Shown piece after piece: positions 36,492-48,470 of a stretch of 64,000 bases of DNA. The notes beneath the pieces were generated by a model. The model did no database searches, was not told the origin of the DNA, and saw nothing but the letters and a program-made list of their open reading frames with translations. The DNA comes from Pseudomonadota bacterium. Its GTDB lineage: Bacteria > Desulfobacterota > Binatia > Binatales > Binataceae. Each line of letters opens with the position of its first letter. The stretch's first letter is position 1. Location of the stretch: positions 130,877 to 194,876 of the forward strand of contig JAJPIG010000011.1 in assembly GCA_021324855.1 (NCBI GenBank). The letters run 5' to 3'. Made by a program: the position numbers and the translations under genes.

Positions 36492-38363
36492 ATGCGCTAC
36501 GACGTGATAGTGGTCGGCGCCGGCCACGCCGGCATCGAGGCAGCGCTCGCAGCGGCCCGGATGGGTGCAGCGACGCTGATGCTCACGCTCAACCTCGATC
36601 ATATCGGCCAGATGTCGTGCAATCCGGCGATCGGTGGAATCGGAAAAGGCCACCTGGTGCGGGAAATTGACGCGCTCGGCGGCGAAATGGGTCTCGCTAT
36701 CGACGAGACCGGAATTCAGTTCCGCTTTTTGAATACGCGCAAGGGACCGGCCGTGCGCGCCCGCCGTGCGCAGGCCGACAAGGCTGCCTATCGGTCGCGG
36801 ATGAAGCGCGTGCTCGAGCGTACGTCCAACCTTAGCATCCGGCAGGCCTCGGTCGAGCGGCTGATCGTGGAGGACGGCGCGGTGCGTGGCGTCGAATCGC
36901 AAATCGGTGAAGTTTTTCAAGCGCCGGCAGTGATCCTGACCACCGGTACGTTCTTAAAAGGTCTCGTACATGTCGGATTGAAAAATTATCCGGCCGGGCG
37001 GGCCGGCGATTTCGCCGCGATGGGGCTAAGCGCACATCTGGCGGAGCTCGGCTTTCGTATCGGGCGGCTCAAGACCGGGACCTGTCCCCGCCTCGATGCG
37101 CGGACGATTGATTACTCCGAGCTCGAACTCCAACCTGGTGACGATCCGCCACCTCCGTTTTCGTTTCGGACCAGAGAGATTGATTGTGCGCAGCTTCCGT
37201 GTCATCTGACGTATACCAACGCTCGCACGCATGAGATCATCCGTGGCGGGATCGATCGTTCGCCGATGTACTCGGGCGTGATCACCAGTCGCGGCCCGCG
37301 CTACTGCCCGTCGATCGAAGACAAGGTGATGCGCTTTCGCGACAAGGAAAGGCATCAGATTTTCCTTGAGCCTGAAGGGCGCGACACGGTCGAGGTTTAT
37401 CCCAACGGCTTGTCGACCAGCCTGCCCCTCGATGTGCAGATCGCGATGGTTCGCTCGATAAAAGGGCTTGAAAAGGCCGAGATAATGCGACCCGGCTACG
37501 CGATCGAATATGATTTTTCCGATCCACGCCAGCTTCGGCCGTCGCTCGAGACGCAGCTCGTCTCCGGCCTGTTCTTCGCTGGTCAGATCAACGGCACCAC
37601 TGGCTACGAGGAGGCCGGCGCACAGGGGCTGATGGCCGGAATCAACGCGACCTTGAAGCTTCGTGGCGAAACTCCACTCGTGCTCCGCCGCGACCAGGGG
37701 TACATCGGGGTGATGATCGACGATCTGGTGACGCGCGGGATCGGCGGTGAGCCGTATCGCATGTTCACCTCGCGCGCCGAGTATCGCCTGACGTTGCGCG
37801 AGGACAATGCCGACCGGCGGCTTTCGCCGATCGGTGAACGGCTGGGCCTGCTAGATTCGGAAGCGAGCGCGCGAGTAGCAGAGAAGACGGCCGCCGTCAC
37901 AGAAGAAATAGAACGACTTTCTGAAATTATTATCGATGCAAATAATGAGGTAAATCAGGAGCTTACGACGCTCGGCACGTCGCCGATCACGCAGTCCGTT
38001 CGTGCGATAGAATTGCTGCGGCGACCTGAGGTTTCGTATGCCGCGCTGATGCGAATGGCGAATCGAGCGTCGACGCTCGAGGTCGATCAGGCGGCAGAGC
38101 TTGAGGTTGAAATCAAGTACGATGGCTACGTGCGCCGGCAGTTGGAGTCGATCGAGCGGTTTCGAAGACTCGAAAATACCGTGATTCCAGAATGGTTCGA
38201 CTACGGGCGGGTGCTCGGGCTTTCAACCGAGGTCCGGGAACGGCTCAACGCAACCAGACCCGGGTCGCTCGGTCAGGCCGCTCGGATGCCGGGAATCACG
38301 CCAGCGGCGCTTTCAATTCTAGCGGTACATCTGAGGAGTGGCGATGGTGGCAGAGCGGCATAG
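36492..38363 (+). CDS. mnmG: tRNA uridine-5-carboxymethylaminomethyl(34) synthesis enzyme MnmG
   Basis: FAD-binding DVIVVGAGHAG and the full GidA architecture. Confidence 0.9.
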   Translation: MRYDVIVVGAGHAGIEAALAAARMGAATLMLTLNLDHIGQMSCNPAIGGIGKGHLVREIDALGGEMGLAIDETGIQFRFLNTRKGPAVRARRAQADKAAYRSRMKRVLERTSNLSIRQASVERLIVEDGAVRGVESQIGEVFQAPAVILTTGTFLKGLVHVGLKNYPAGRAGDFAAMGLSAHLAELGFRIGRLKTGTCPRLDARTIDYSELELQPGDDPPPPFSFRTREIDCAQLPCHLTYTNARTHEIIRGGIDRSPMYSGVITSRGPRYCPSIEDKVMRFRDKERHQIFLEPEGRDTVEVYPNGLSTSLPLDVQIAMVRSIKGLEKAEIMRPGYAIEYDFSDPRQLRPSLETQLVSGLFFAGQINGTTGYEEAGAQGLMAGINATLKLRGETPLVLRRDQGYIGVMIDDLVTRGIGGEPYRMFTSRAEYRLTLREDNADRRLSPIGERLGLLDSEASARVAEKTAAVTEEIERLSEIIIDANNEVNQELTTLGTSPITQSVRAIELLRRPEVSYAALMRMANRASTLEVDQAAELEVEIKYDGYVRRQLESIERFRRLENTVIPEWFDYGRVLGLSTEVRERLNATRPGSLGQAARMPGITPAALSILAVHLRSGDGGRAA

Positions 38364-39117
38364 TGTTGTTTCACGTGAAACGCGGCGCGTCCCGGTCCAA
38401 CATTCATCTGCGGTCACGCGTCGTCCGTCCGATCCAGAGTCGATAGGCGCTGAGGTCAGCCGAATCGTTCAGGATGAAGCGCGGGCACTCGGGCTGGATC
38501 TTACACCAGCATTCTTCTCGCGGGTCCGAAGCTTCGCGATGTTCCTCGCGATCTGGGGCGAGAAGATGAGCCTCACCTCGCGCCCTCATGACGTCGATGA
38601 TCTCGCGTTCCATGTGATTGACAGCCTCATGCCCGTCGCGCTCGCCGCATCGGGGAAGCTCCCGAACCTCGGCCGCGCTCTACAGCCGGGGATGGAGGTG
38701 CTCGACTTGGGGAGCGGCGCGGGCTTTCCCGGCCTTGTGCTGGCGTCAGCTTCGCGGGCACACTTCACACTATGCGAGGCGCGGCGCAAGCGGACGACCT
38801 TCCTTACCGTCACGGCCGAGGAACTCGGGCTATTCGATCTCACGGTCAAAGGCGATCGCATCACGCCGTCGACCTTCAGTTCCGCGTTCGACTTGGTAAT
38901 GACCCGCGCGCTCGATGGCGTCAACAATTTTCACACAATCGCGAAAGCAGCCCTCAAGCGCGGCGGCCTCGCAATGCTCTACGCGAGTCCGCGCCAGGCC
39001 GCCGATCTGACGGCACGTCGGATTGTGGGGTTCGAACTCGCCGCAAGCGCGCCATACGAGGTCGCTCGCCGCGGTGAGACCGTCCCGCGCGCCATCGTGA
39101 TGTGGCGCAAGGCCTGA
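38338..39117 (+). CDS. rsmG: 16S rRNA (guanine527-N7)-methyltransferase RsmG (true start probably ~38450)
   Basis: LDLGSGAGFPGLVLA SAM motif and the gidB-family core. The listed N-terminus overlaps the mnmG 3' end. Confidence 0.75.
   Translation: MAMVAERHSVVSRETRRVPVQHSSAVTRRPSDPESIGAEVSRIVQDEARALGLDLTPAFFSRVRSFAMFLAIWGEKMSLTSRPHDVDDLAFHVIDSLMPVALAASGKLPNLGRALQPGMEVLDLGSGAGFPGLVLASASRAHFTLCEARRKRTTFLTVTAEELGLFDLTVKGDRITPSTFSSAFDLVMTRALDGVNNFHTIAKAALKRGGLAMLYASPRQAADLTARRIVGFELAASAPYEVARRGETVPRAIVMWRKA
38367..38382. promoter_or_regulatory. parS-like centromere palindrome tGTTTCACGTGAAACg
   Basis: 15/16 match to the Spo0J/ParB parS consensus TGTTNCACGTGAAACA. Located at the mnmG/rsmG junction. 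Confidence 0.65.
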
Positions 39118-39146
39118 TCGCTTTTTCGGAATTCTCGCCTGTGTAA

Positions 39147-39183
39147 AAACCGCGGCTTCGTCGATGGCCGCGGTTTGCTTTCG
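39147..39183 (+). terminator. putative intrinsic terminator after rsmG
   Basis: AAACCGCGGC-ttcgtcgatg-GCCGCGGTTT hairpin followed by a T-containing tract (TGCTTTCG). Confidence 0.5.
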
Positions 39184-39228
39184 TCCCCGAGAATTGATTC
39201 TATAATCCAGCATTGTTGATTGATTCAT

Positions 39229-39244
39229 CGTTTCACGTGAAACG
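39229..39244. promoter_or_regulatory. parS-like palindrome cGTTTCACGTGAAACg (18-bp perfect palindrome TCGTTTCACGTGAAACGA) in the parA promoter region
   Basis: 14/16 to the parS consensus. Perfect dyad. ~75 nt upstream of parA. A TTGATT/TATAAT-like promoter element is just upstream (~39195-39212). Confidence 0.65.
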
Positions 39245-39316
39245 ATGACCGTCAGCGGGCGATAAGGATCAGGCCGGCGGCCGCTCCTATGGTCGTCGCG
39301 CGATGAGTCGGATGAG

Positions 39317-40123
39317 TTGGTGGTGGCCGTGGGGCGCGTCATCGCGATAGCCAATCAGAAAGGCGGGGTCGGTAAAACGACGACCGCGATCAACGTCGCC
39401 GTAGCGCTCGCTCAATCGGGCGCGCGCGTCCTGCTAATCGATCTCGATCCTCAGAGTAACGCGACCTCCGGATTGACGCGGGATGCCAGCGACCTCAAGC
39501 CTGGCGCGCCGCGTGTCTCAATTTACGACGCGATGATCGAGCGGCTCTCGCTCTCCGCGATCATCCGCCAGGTACGCGACAACCTGATGCTCGCGCCGGC
39601 GGGCGCGGATCTCGTCGGCGCCGAAATTGAGCTGGCCACGGCTGAAGCGCGCGAACTGCGCGTCAAGCACATTGTAGAATCAGCCAGAGTAGAATATAAC
39701 TATGTTCTAATTGATTCGCCGCCGTCCCTTGGCCTGCTCACGCTCAATGCTCTCGTCGCCGCGGACTCGGTCCTCATCCCGTTGCAATGCGAATATTATG
39801 CATTGGAAGGGCTCTCGGCCCTGCTTGGCACGATTCGCCGGGTGCGCCAGGCACTCAACCCCGGCTTGCGAATCGAAGGAATCGTCCTCACGATGTTCGA
39901 CTCGCGCAACCGGCTTAGCCGTGATATCGAGCGCGAAGTGCGCGGCCATTTTCCCGACCAGGTATTCGCGGTCGTCATTCCGCGAAGCGTGCGGCTCTCC
40001 GAAAGTCCGAGCCATGGGCTTTCGATCTTCGAGTATGAGGGGCGCTCGGCCGGCGCGGAGGCGTATCGGCGGCTGGCGGCCGAGGTCGCGGCGCGCACCG
40101 AACAACCATCTGCCGAATCATGA
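39317..40123 (+). CDS. parA: chromosome partitioning ATPase ParA/Soj
   Basis: Deviant Walker A KGGVGKTT and the full ParA architecture. Confidence 0.85.
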   Translation: MVVAVGRVIAIANQKGGVGKTTTAINVAVALAQSGARVLLIDLDPQSNATSGLTRDASDLKPGAPRVSIYDAMIERLSLSAIIRQVRDNLMLAPAGADLVGAEIELATAEARELRVKHIVESARVEYNYVLIDSPPSLGLLTLNALVAADSVLIPLQCEYYALEGLSALLGTIRRVRQALNPGLRIEGIVLTMFDSRNRLSRDIEREVRGHFPDQVFAVVIPRSVRLSESPSHGLSIFEYEGRSAGAEAYRRLAAEVAARTEQPSAES

Positions 40124-40166
40124 CCCACCGCATATCACGTTTGTCTGAATTCCCGGAGGTACTGGC

Positions 40167-41108
40167 ATGATCCGCAAAAGCCTGGGCCGCGGTCTCGACG
40201 CGCTGTTCGAAAGCACGGTCGAGATTTCGCCGCCACATCCGGAGCCACAGCCTGAAACGAAGTCTTCCGACGATCGCGCGCTCATGACGATCGCAGTGGA
40301 TCGGATCGAGCCCGGGCAGTTTCAACCGCGGCGGCATTTCGACGCACAACGGCTCCAGGAGCTACGCCGCGCGATCGAAGCGCAGGGCGTGATCGAGCCG
40401 CTGGTGGTGCGCCCCAAGCCGAACGCCGGCGCCGACGGGATGCCGCACTACGAATTGATCGCCGGGGAACGGCGACTCCGTGCGGCGCGCGAAGCGGGAT
40501 TATCGACGGTACCGGTGATCGTGCGCGCGCTCGATGATCGCGCCGCGCTCGAAATGTCGCTGGTCGAGAACCTGGCGCGCGAGGATCTGAATCCGATCGA
40601 TGAAGCGCGCGCGCTCAGCCAGCTTAATCGCGATTTCAACCTGACGCACGAGGAGATTGCGACGCGCGTCGGCAAGAGCCGACCATACGTCAGTAACGCA
40701 ACGCGGCTTCTCGAGTTGCCGCCGCCGGTGCTCGCGATGGTCGAGGCGGGGCGGCTAAGTCCGGGGCAGGTGCGTCCGCTGCTGGCCCTGGAATCGGCCG
40801 AGATGCAGATCGCGGCTGCCAACCGGATCGCAGAACAAGGCATCACGGCGCGTGGCGCCGAGCAGATAGCGATGGCGCACAAGGAGCGGCGCGCGCCGAC
40901 GCATCGCGGCAGTAGCGATGGAGCCGGGCGCGATCCGAACATGGCGGCGCTGGCCGAGGCGCTTAGGCGGACGCTCAAGCGTAAAGTCACGATTGTCCGG
41001 CCGCGCGGCCGCACTCCGGGCCGCGTCGAGCTTGAGTATTACAATGATCAGGATTTGACCGAACTCGCCTCGTTGCTCACCGCCGCCGGCGCGCAACGCA
41101 AGGGGTGA
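40167..41108 (+). CDS. parB: chromosome partitioning protein ParB/Spo0J
   Basis: ParB box GERRLRAA, HTH, and C-terminal dimerisation region. Confidence 0.9.
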   Translation: MIRKSLGRGLDALFESTVEISPPHPEPQPETKSSDDRALMTIAVDRIEPGQFQPRRHFDAQRLQELRRAIEAQGVIEPLVVRPKPNAGADGMPHYELIAGERRLRAAREAGLSTVPVIVRALDDRAALEMSLVENLAREDLNPIDEARALSQLNRDFNLTHEEIATRVGKSRPYVSNATRLLELPPPVLAMVEAGRLSPGQVRPLLALESAEMQIAAANRIAEQGITARGAEQIAMAHKERRAPTHRGSSDGAGRDPNMAALAEALRRTLKRKVTIVRPRGRTPGRVELEYYNDQDLTELASLLTAAGAQRKG

Positions 41109-41122
41109 GACCCGATTGTCGA

Positions 41123-42733
41123 TCACATCCTGAACACGCCGAAGGTGGCGGCGGGCGGAATCGGCGCGTTGAGCGAAGTTGCGATGCCGAGCGCCAGCAC
41201 GTTGCGAGTCTCGACCGGATCGAGCACGCCGTCATCCCACAGCCGCGCCGTCGAGTAATAGCAGCTCGATTCGCGTTCGTACTTCTCGAGTGTCGGACGC
41301 ATGAACTCGGCCTGCTCTTCGGCGCTCATGGTCTGATTTTGCGCCCTGAGCTGATCGAGCTTGACGGTGAGCAGCGTATTCGCCGCTTGTTCGCCGCCCA
41401 TCACGGAAATGCGCGCGTTGGGCCACATGAAGAGCAGCCGGGGCTGATATGCGCGTCCGCACATCCCGTAATTGCCCGCGCCGTTCGAGGCCCCGATGAT
41501 CACCGTGAACTTAGGCACCTGCGCGTTGGCGACCGCGTTTACCATCTTGGCGCCGTCCTTTGCGATGCCCCCCTGTTCGTAGCGCTTGCCGACGATGAAC
41601 CCCGTGATGTTCTGCAGAAACAAGAGCGGCGTCTGACGCGCGCAGCATAGCTCGATGAAGTGCGTCGCCTTAAGCGCGGATTCGCTGAACAGCACTCCGT
41701 TGTTGGCGACGATTCCTACCGGGTAGCCGAAAATCCGCGCGAAGCCGGTCACTACCGAGGCGCCGTAGCGCGCCTTGAACTCATGCATCCGGCTGCCGTC
41801 GACGATTCGCGCGATCACCTCGCGCACGTCGAATGGTTTGCGCGGATCGTTGCTGATGATCCCGTACAGCTCGGCCGGATCGTAATATGGATCCTCGGGT
41901 TCGCCCTGCACGATCGAAGCTGTCGGCGCGGGACCGAGGTTCGAGAGCACCGAGCGCGCGATCTCCAGCGCATGCCGATCATCGTCGGCGAGATGATCGC
42001 TCACACCTGAAATTCGTGTATGCACATCGCCGCCGCCCAGTTCCTCGGCGCTCACCTGCTCTCCCGTCGCGGCGCGCACCAGTGGCGGCCCGGCGAGAAA
42101 GATTGTCCCTTGGTTCCTGACGATGACGTTTTCATCGCACATCGCGGGGACGTACGCTCCACCCGCCGTACACGAGCCCATCACGACTGCGACCTGCGCG
42201 ATACCCATCGCTGACATCCGCGCCTGGTTATAGAAGATGCGCCCGAAATGGTCGCGATCGGGGAAGACTTGGTCCTGGAGCGGCAGGAACGCGCCGCCTG
42301 AATCGACCAGGTAGACGCACGGGATGCGGTTTTCGGTCGCGATCTCCTGCGCGCGCAGGTGTTTCTTCACGGTTATCGGATAGTAGGCGCCGCCTTTTAC
42401 GGTCGCGTCGTTTGCGACCACCATCACCTCGCGTCCATGGACGCGTCCGATGCCGGTGACGATGCCGGCCGACGGCGCTTCATCGTCGTACATCCCGAAC
42501 GCAGCGAGCGTCGACAGCTCGAGGAACGGGCTTTCCGGGTCGAGCAGGCCGCGGATGCGATCGCGCACCAAAAGTTTGCCACGCCTTACATGGCGCTCGC
42601 GCGAGGCTTCGGGGCCGCCGAGGCGGATGCGCGCGATGGTCTCGCGCAGCTTCTTCGTCGCCGCCTCCATCAGCTCGCGGTTACGGCGGAAATCTTCGCT
42701 CTGCGGATTGATGCGCGTCTCTATCCGTTCCAT
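41123..42733 (-). CDS. acyl-CoA carboxylase carboxyltransferase subunit (methylcrotonyl-/propionyl-CoA carboxylase beta-like)
   Basis: Two crotonase-like CT subdomains with the family motifs. Confidence 0.8.
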   Translation of the reverse strand: MERIETRINPQSEDFRRNRELMEAATKKLRETIARIRLGGPEASRERHVRRGKLLVRDRIRGLLDPESPFLELSTLAAFGMYDDEAPSAGIVTGIGRVHGREVMVVANDATVKGGAYYPITVKKHLRAQEIATENRIPCVYLVDSGGAFLPLQDQVFPDRDHFGRIFYNQARMSAMGIAQVAVVMGSCTAGGAYVPAMCDENVIVRNQGTIFLAGPPLVRAATGEQVSAEELGGGDVHTRISGVSDHLADDDRHALEIARSVLSNLGPAPTASIVQGEPEDPYYDPAELYGIISNDPRKPFDVREVIARIVDGSRMHEFKARYGASVVTGFARIFGYPVGIVANNGVLFSESALKATHFIELCCARQTPLLFLQNITGFIVGKRYEQGGIAKDGAKMVNAVANAQVPKFTVIIGASNGAGNYGMCGRAYQPRLLFMWPNARISVMGGEQAANTLLTVKLDQLRAQNQTMSAEEQAEFMRPTLEKYERESSCYYSTARLWDDGVLDPVETRNVLALGIATSLNAPIPPAATFGVFRM

Positions 42734-42820
42734 CGATGACCTGCTGCTCGCTGCCAGGGCCTGAGTTAGGCTAGATACTAGCGGTCTGAAAGATGTCGGG
42801 CGAAGCCCCGGCAGCCTGCC

Positions 42821-45151
42821 ATGCGCGAACGTGATTTAAGGGCGCTCGAATTCGACAAGGTACTTGAGATTGTCAAGGGCCTCGCGGCCTCCGAACCGGG
42901 GCGCACTGCGATTGCCGCGATCGCTCCTGCGACCGATGCCGATGAGGTGCGCGCTCGCTTGCGCATCGCCGCCGAACTGGTCGAATTGCGCGGCCATGCC
43001 GGCGCGCTGCCTGTCGGCGAATTCACCGATCAGCGCGATCTGCTGCTCGCCGCCGCTCGGGGCGGCGCGGTGCTCGACGGTTCATCGCTGGTCCGGATTC
43101 GCGATTTCGTGATCGCGGCGCGGCATGTCGCCGCGTTCATGCGTTCGCGCGTCGAACCATTCCCGCATCTCGCCGCCCTTGCCTCGATGCTGGTTGCGCC
43201 GAAAGAGCTGGCCGATGCGATGCTCGCTGCGCTCGCCGACGACGGCGGCCTGCTCGACGATGCCAGTCCCGAGCTCAACCGGCTGCGCAACCGGATTCGC
43301 GAGGGCCGCCTGGACCTCGAGGCGCGGCTGTTTCGGGCGCTCAACAGCCCCGGGATGGAACCGTTCGTTTCCGACTATCTCGTCACGGTGCGCAATCGGC
43401 GCTTCGTCCTGCCGCTTCGCCTTAACTACGCGGAGAAGCTGGAAGGTATCGTGCAGGATCGCTCGGTTTCGGGCGAGACCCTGTTCGTCGAGCCCCTGTG
43501 GGCGGTCGAGCTGAACAACCGGCTGATGATGCTGGAGCGCGAGGCCGAAGCCGAAGAGCGGCGCATCCTCGCAGCGCTTACCGCGATGGTCCGCGGCTAC
43601 GTGCGCGAGCTTCGGATGACGTTTGACGCGATGGTGCGGCTCGACCTGCTGAACGCGTCGGCGATTTTCGCGGAGCGTTTCGGATGCAGCGAGCCGGAGA
43701 TCGTCGAGGGCGGGCTCGAGCTCACCGGCGCGCGGCATCCGATGCTGATCGCGAGCGGACGCGAGGTGGTGCCGATCGATGTCCGAATCGGCGCCGACCA
43801 GCACGGCATCGTGATCTCAGGGCCGAACACCGGGGGCAAAACCGTCGCGCTCAAAACCGTCGGGCTGCTCGCGATGATGGCGCAGGCGGGCCTGCTGGTT
43901 CCTGCCGAGCATGCTCGTCTTCCGGTCTTCCACTCATGCTTCGTCGATATCGGCGACGAGCAGTCGATCGAACGCAACCTGTCGAGCTTCGCCGCGCATA
44001 TCGCGAACCTGCGAGAGATAGTCGCATCGTTTGCTGAGCCGGCACTGGTCATCCTCGATGAACCCGGCGCGGGTACGGACCCGGCCGAAGGCGCCGCGCT
44101 CGCCATCGGGCTGATGAACTACTTTCGCGAGCGCCGCTGCCTGCTCGGCATCGCGACCCATTCCGCAGCGGTCAAGCTGCACGCCTACACGAGCGGCGGT
44201 TTTGAAGCGTCCGCGGTCGATTTCGATCCCGAACGGCTCACGCCGCTCTATCGACTACGGCCGCATGCTATCGGCGAAAGCTACGGCCTCGCGGTGGCGC
44301 GCCGGCTCGGGCTGCCCGACGAGATCATCCGCGCGGCTGAGGCGGCGCGCGGCGAAACGACGATCCAGCTTGACCGGGTGCTGCGTCAGCTTGAAAGCGA
44401 GCGCGATGCGCTCCGGGCGGAACGCGAGCGAATCGCCGGGCGCGAACGAGAGCTCCTTCGGCGCGAGAGCGAAGCCCGCGCCGAGCTTGATCGGGCGCGC
44501 GCGAAGTTCGAGGCTGAGACTGTGCGGCTTCGCGGCGAGGCCGAGAGCCTGATCGCGGATTTGCGCCGCCAGGGGCTGGACCTCGCCCGCGAGCTGCGCG
44601 AGCAGGCGCGGCCGCGCGCCGCGCTCAAATCGATCGTCGGCGCAGCCGCGGAACGCGCAGCCCGGCTCGCTCCCGAGGCGCGCGGTAGATCGGGGCCGGA
44701 GGACGCTCCGCAAGCGCCCTTGCGCGTCGGCGATCAGGTCGAGGTGGGCGACTTGCGCGGCGAGTTAATCCAGCTCGATCAGAATCGCGCGGTGATCGGA
44801 CGCGGCGCGCTCCGGATCGAGGTCTCGCCCGATCGCCTGCGCCGCGCGAAGGTGGCGCCCGCGCCGGCGCGCGGACCCACCGTCACGGTTGCGGCAGCGC
44901 CATCGGAGGCCGGCGAACTAAACCTGATCGGGATGCGCACGTCCGATGCGCTCCGCCGGCTGGAGGAGTTCCTCGATCAGGCTTATCTGACGAATCGCGC
45001 TGAAGTCAGGATCGTGCACGGAATCGGCTCGGGCGCGCTGCGCAAGGCGATTCACGATTACCTGGCCGACTCGCCCTACTGCGCTTCGTTTCGCGAAGCC
45101 GAGCCGCATCATGGCGGCGCCGGCGCGACCATCGTCACGCTGCAGCTCTGA
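42821..45151 (+). CDS. mutS2: endonuclease MutS2 (MutS domain III/IV-ATPase plus C-terminal Smr)
   Basis: Walker A GPNTGGKT, and the Smr domain [42 protein letters not shown]. Confidence 0.85.
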   Translation: MRERDLRALEFDKVLEIVKGLAASEPGRTAIAAIAPATDADEVRARLRIAAELVELRGHAGALPVGEFTDQRDLLLAAARGGAVLDGSSLVRIRDFVIAARHVAAFMRSRVEPFPHLAALASMLVAPKELADAMLAALADDGGLLDDASPELNRLRNRIREGRLDLEARLFRALNSPGMEPFVSDYLVTVRNRRFVLPLRLNYAEKLEGIVQDRSVSGETLFVEPLWAVELNNRLMMLEREAEAEERRILAALTAMVRGYVRELRMTFDAMVRLDLLNASAIFAERFGCSEPEIVEGGLELTGARHPMLIASGREVVPIDVRIGADQHGIVISGPNTGGKTVALKTVGLLAMMAQAGLLVPAEHARLPVFHSCFVDIGDEQSIERNLSSFAAHIANLREIVASFAEPALVILDEPGAGTDPAEGAALAIGLMNYFRERRCLLGIATHSAAVKLHAYTSGGFEASAVDFDPERLTPLYRLRPHAIGESYGLAVARRLGLPDEIIRAAEAARGETTIQLDRVLRQLESERDALRAERERIAGRERELLRRESEARAELDRARAKFEAETVRLRGEAESLIADLRRQGLDLARELREQARPRAALKSIVGAAAERAARLAPEARGRSGPEDAPQAPLRVGDQVEVGDLRGELIQLDQNRAVIGRGALRIEVSPDRLRRAKVAPAPARGPTVTVAAAPSEAGELNLIGMRTSDALRRLEEFLDQAYLTNRAEVRIVHGIGSGALRKAIHDYLADSPYCASFREAEPHHGGAGATIVTLQL

Positions 45152-45254
45152 TAGCGCGGTCGAGCAAAACCTGTTTAAGGTCTCAAATGCTCGGCAGCCG
45201 GACAGGATCTCCCGCCCGGCTGCGATGATGCGATGATTTGACCGGTCCGACGCG

Positions 45255-45614
45255 TCAGGCGTTGGGATCGAGGCCCCATTTCTTCTTGTTGGCGGCGACC
45301 TGCTCGGGCGTGGGGTGCTCGGTCGCGGTGAAAGTTTTCACCTTGAACTGGTCGCTCAATTCGACTGACTTTCGATTGAGCGCGATGTCGTCTTTGAAGA
45401 TTTCGGGCACTGCCGGCTCCTCAAAGATTGCCTGCCACGGGCATTCCGGTTCACACGCACCGCAGTCGATGCATTCGTCGGGATTTATGTAGAGCTGGTT
45501 GGGAAAATGCTCCTTGTCCGACCCGACATACTCGTAGATACAATCGACGGGACAGACGCTGACGCATCCGGTATCCAGGCAATCAATGCAAAGGCGGGTT
45601 ATAACCCATGGCAT
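45255..45614 (-). CDS. ferredoxin (FdxA-like, two Cys clusters)
   Basis: [14 protein letters not shown] and [12 protein letters not shown]. Start set at MPWVI by hand. The track's upstream extension is unlikely. Confidence 0.7.
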   Translation of the reverse strand: MPWVITRLCIDCLDTGCVSVCPVDCIYEYVGSDKEHFPNQLYINPDECIDCGACEPECPWQAIFEEPAVPEIFKDDIALNRKSVELSDQFKVKTFTATEHPTPEQVAANKKKWGLDPNA

Positions 45615-45775
45615 GGCTGACTCTCTTCTCCTCCAGGGACTGAACTTATCGCGGCGCGACGGCCAATTAAAGTCCGCGCGATGCCGCACTGCCGGCCGAA
45701 TCTTCGAATCGCGCAACGCTTGCGCATCGGCCACTTTGCACGATCGAATTCTCGGTTACAATAACCGGCTGACAC

Positions 45776-47233
45776 TTGGGGCCAACGCCTAGCACAAACC
45801 ATGGTGGTATTGAAATGAAACCGACCGATTCAGTTACCGTCACCCAGACCCGCACCGAAACCGACAGTATGGGCCCAATCGAGGTCCGCCAAGATCGCTA
45901 CTGGGGCGCGCAGACCGAGCGCTCGCTGATCCATTTCGCAATCGGCGATGATCGGATGCCGCGCCCTCTGATCCGCGCGATCGGAATTCTCAAGAAGGCC
46001 GCTGCGATCGTGAATCAGAAGCTCGGCAAGCTCCCTGACGAGAAAGCGCGCCTGATTATCGCCGCTGCCGATGAGGTCATCAGCGGCAAGCTCGACGATC
46101 ACTTTCCCCTGCGCGTCTGGCAGACCGGTAGTGGCACGCAGACCAACATGAACGCCAATGAGGTCATCTCGAACCGCGGCATTGAGATGGCAGGCGGCAA
46201 GATGGGCTCAAAAAAGCCGCTCCATCCCAACGACGACGTCAACATGTCGCAATCCTCCAACGACACCTTCCCGACCGCGATGCACATCGCGGCGGCCGAG
46301 GAACTGGTTCATCGATTGATTCCGGCCGTCCGCGAGCTGCGCAACGCGCTCGATGCGAAAAGTCGCGAATTCAAGGATTTAATCAAGATCGGCCGCACCC
46401 ACCTGATGGATGCAGTGCCGCTCACGCTCGGTCAGGAGTTCTCGGGTTATGTTGCGCAGCTCGATGCGAATTTGAAACGCATCGATGCGATCCTGCCCGA
46501 CGTTTACGAACTTGCGATCGGCGGCACCGCGGTCGGCACCGGCCTCAATACCCATCCCGAATTCGCCGAGCGCACCGCGCAGGTAATCGCCGAGTTGACG
46601 GGGCTGCCGTTTCGCTCCGCGCCGAACAAGTTCGCGGCGCTCGCCGCGCACGATGCGCTGGTGATGGCCTCGGGGGCGCTCAGGACGCTCGCCTGCTCGC
46701 TGATGAAAATCGCCAACGACATCCGCTGGCTCGGCTCAGGTCCGCGCTGCGGCCTGGGCGAGCTGCTCCTGCCCGAGAACGAGCCGGGCTCATCGATCAT
46801 GCCGGGCAAGGTGAATCCGACCCAGTCCGAGGCTATGACGATGGTCTGCGTGCAGGTGATGGGCAACGACGCGGCAATCGGCTTCGCCGGTTCACAGGGG
46901 AATTTTGAGCTCAACGTCTTCAAGCCGGTTATCATCTTTAACCTTTTGAACTCGATCCGGCTGCTCGCTGACGCCTGCCACATGTTCACCGAACATTGCG
47001 CACTTGGGATCGAGGCGAACCGCCGCCGGCTGCATCATTTCGTGCACGACTCGCTGATGCTCGTGACGGCGATTGCGCCAATCGTCGGCTATGACAACGC
47101 GGCCAAGGTCGCCAAGAAAGCGCATGCCGAGGGGACCACGCTGCGCGATGCGGCGATCGCGCTCAAGCTAATGTCAGGCGAAGAGTTCGACAAGCATATG
47201 CGCCCCGAAAAGATGCTCGGCCCGGAAGGCTAG
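45776..47233 (+). CDS. fumC: class II fumarate hydratase
   Basis: [13 protein letters not shown] signature plus full-length fumarase/aspartase fold. Probable start at MKPTDS (~45812). Confidence 0.9.
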   Translation: MGPTPSTNHGGIEMKPTDSVTVTQTRTETDSMGPIEVRQDRYWGAQTERSLIHFAIGDDRMPRPLIRAIGILKKAAAIVNQKLGKLPDEKARLIIAAADEVISGKLDDHFPLRVWQTGSGTQTNMNANEVISNRGIEMAGGKMGSKKPLHPNDDVNMSQSSNDTFPTAMHIAAAEELVHRLIPAVRELRNALDAKSREFKDLIKIGRTHLMDAVPLTLGQEFSGYVAQLDANLKRIDAILPDVYELAIGGTAVGTGLNTHPEFAERTAQVIAELTGLPFRSAPNKFAALAAHDALVMASGALRTLACSLMKIANDIRWLGSGPRCGLGELLLPENEPGSSIMPGKVNPTQSEAMTMVCVQVMGNDAAIGFAGSQGNFELNVFKPVIIFNLLNSIRLLADACHMFTEHCALGIEANRRRLHHFVHDSLMLVTAIAPIVGYDNAAKVAKKAHAEGTTLRDAAIALKLMSGEEFDKHMRPEKMLGPEG

Positions 47234-47315
47234 ACTTGAAGTGGCAATTGCTCGGGAAATTTGAGACCCCTTGGTAGGCAACGGCTTTGTCGTGCCGCCA
47301 GAACAGGAGGCGATC

Positions 47316-48470
47316 ATGAAATTCGGCGCATTCTATCTGCACCAGGTGCCGCGGCCTTGGGATCTCGAAACCGAGCATCGCTACTTCAAGGACACTCTGA
47401 CGCAGGCCGAGCTGCTCGATCGCCTCGGTTTCGATTATTTCTGGGTGGCCGAGCATCACTTCCTCGAAGAGTATTCGCATTCTTCGGCGCCGGAGATCTT
47501 TCTGGCCGCCGTCACGCAGCGCACCAGCCGGATTCGACTGGGCCACGGGATCGTGCAGATGCCGCCGCTGATCAATCATCCGGCGCGCGTCGCCGAGCGG
47601 ATCGCGACGCTCGATCTCGTCAGCGACGGGCGCATCGAATTCGGCACCGGCGAAGGCGCCTGCATCAGCGAGCTCGAGGGCTTCCGCGTCCCGATGGAAG
47701 AGAAGCGCGCGATGTGGCGCGAGGGCGTAGAAGCGGTGACGCGGCTGCTGGTCGAGGTCCCGTTCCAAGGCTACCGCGGCAAATACCTCGATCTGCCGGT
47801 GCGAAACCTGGTGCCGAAGCCCTATCAGCGGCCGCATCCGCCGCTATGGCTCGCCTGTACGCGTCACGCAACTATCCTGACCGCCGCGCGGCTCGGGATG
47901 GGTGCGCTGTGTTTCGCCTTTATGTCGCCGGAAGAAGCGGCGGGATGGGCGCGCGATTACTATCGCACGCTCGAAGCGGAGTGCGAGCCGATCGGAGCGG
48001 CGATCAATCCCAATATCGCAGTTATGTATCCGTTTTTCTGCGATCGCGACGAGCAGCGCGCTCGCCAGATCGCCGGCGAAAACCAGGGCTTCTTTCCCTA
48101 CGGGCTTGCGCATTACTGGACGCTCACCGATCACGAGCCGGGCAAGACCGATTTATGGGACGAGTATCGGAATAATCCGCGTGAGGTGAACCTGCCGCTC
48201 GGCAAGACCGATTGCATCGGCACGCCCGATCAGGTGCGCGAGCTGCTCCGCGGCTTCGAGGATACCGGAATCGATCAGATCATCTTCATGGGCCAGGGCG
48301 GCAAGATGCCGCATCAGGCGCTCTGCGGCGCATACGAACTCTTCGCGCGTGAGGTGATGCCGGAGTTTGCCGAGCGTGAGCGCAGCCGCGTCGCCGAAAA
48401 AGCGGCGACGGTCGCCCGCCTCACGGAGGCGATCGGCAGGCGCCCGCGCCGCGGCTCCTCGGCAGCATAA
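47316..48470 (+). CDS. LLM-class flavin-dependent oxidoreductase
   Basis: Luciferase-like TIM barrel. Start at MKFGAF with AGGAGG RBS. Confidence 0.7.
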   Translation: MKFGAFYLHQVPRPWDLETEHRYFKDTLTQAELLDRLGFDYFWVAEHHFLEEYSHSSAPEIFLAAVTQRTSRIRLGHGIVQMPPLINHPARVAERIATLDLVSDGRIEFGTGEGACISELEGFRVPMEEKRAMWREGVEAVTRLLVEVPFQGYRGKYLDLPVRNLVPKPYQRPHPPLWLACTRHATILTAARLGMGALCFAFMSPEEAAGWARDYYRTLEAECEPIGAAINPNIAVMYPFFCDRDEQRARQIAGENQGFFPYGLAHYWTLTDHEPGKTDLWDEYRNNPREVNLPLGKTDCIGTPDQVRELLRGFEDTGIDQIIFMGQGGKMPHQALCGAYELFAREVMPEFAERERSRVAEKAATVARLTEAIGRRPRRGSSAA

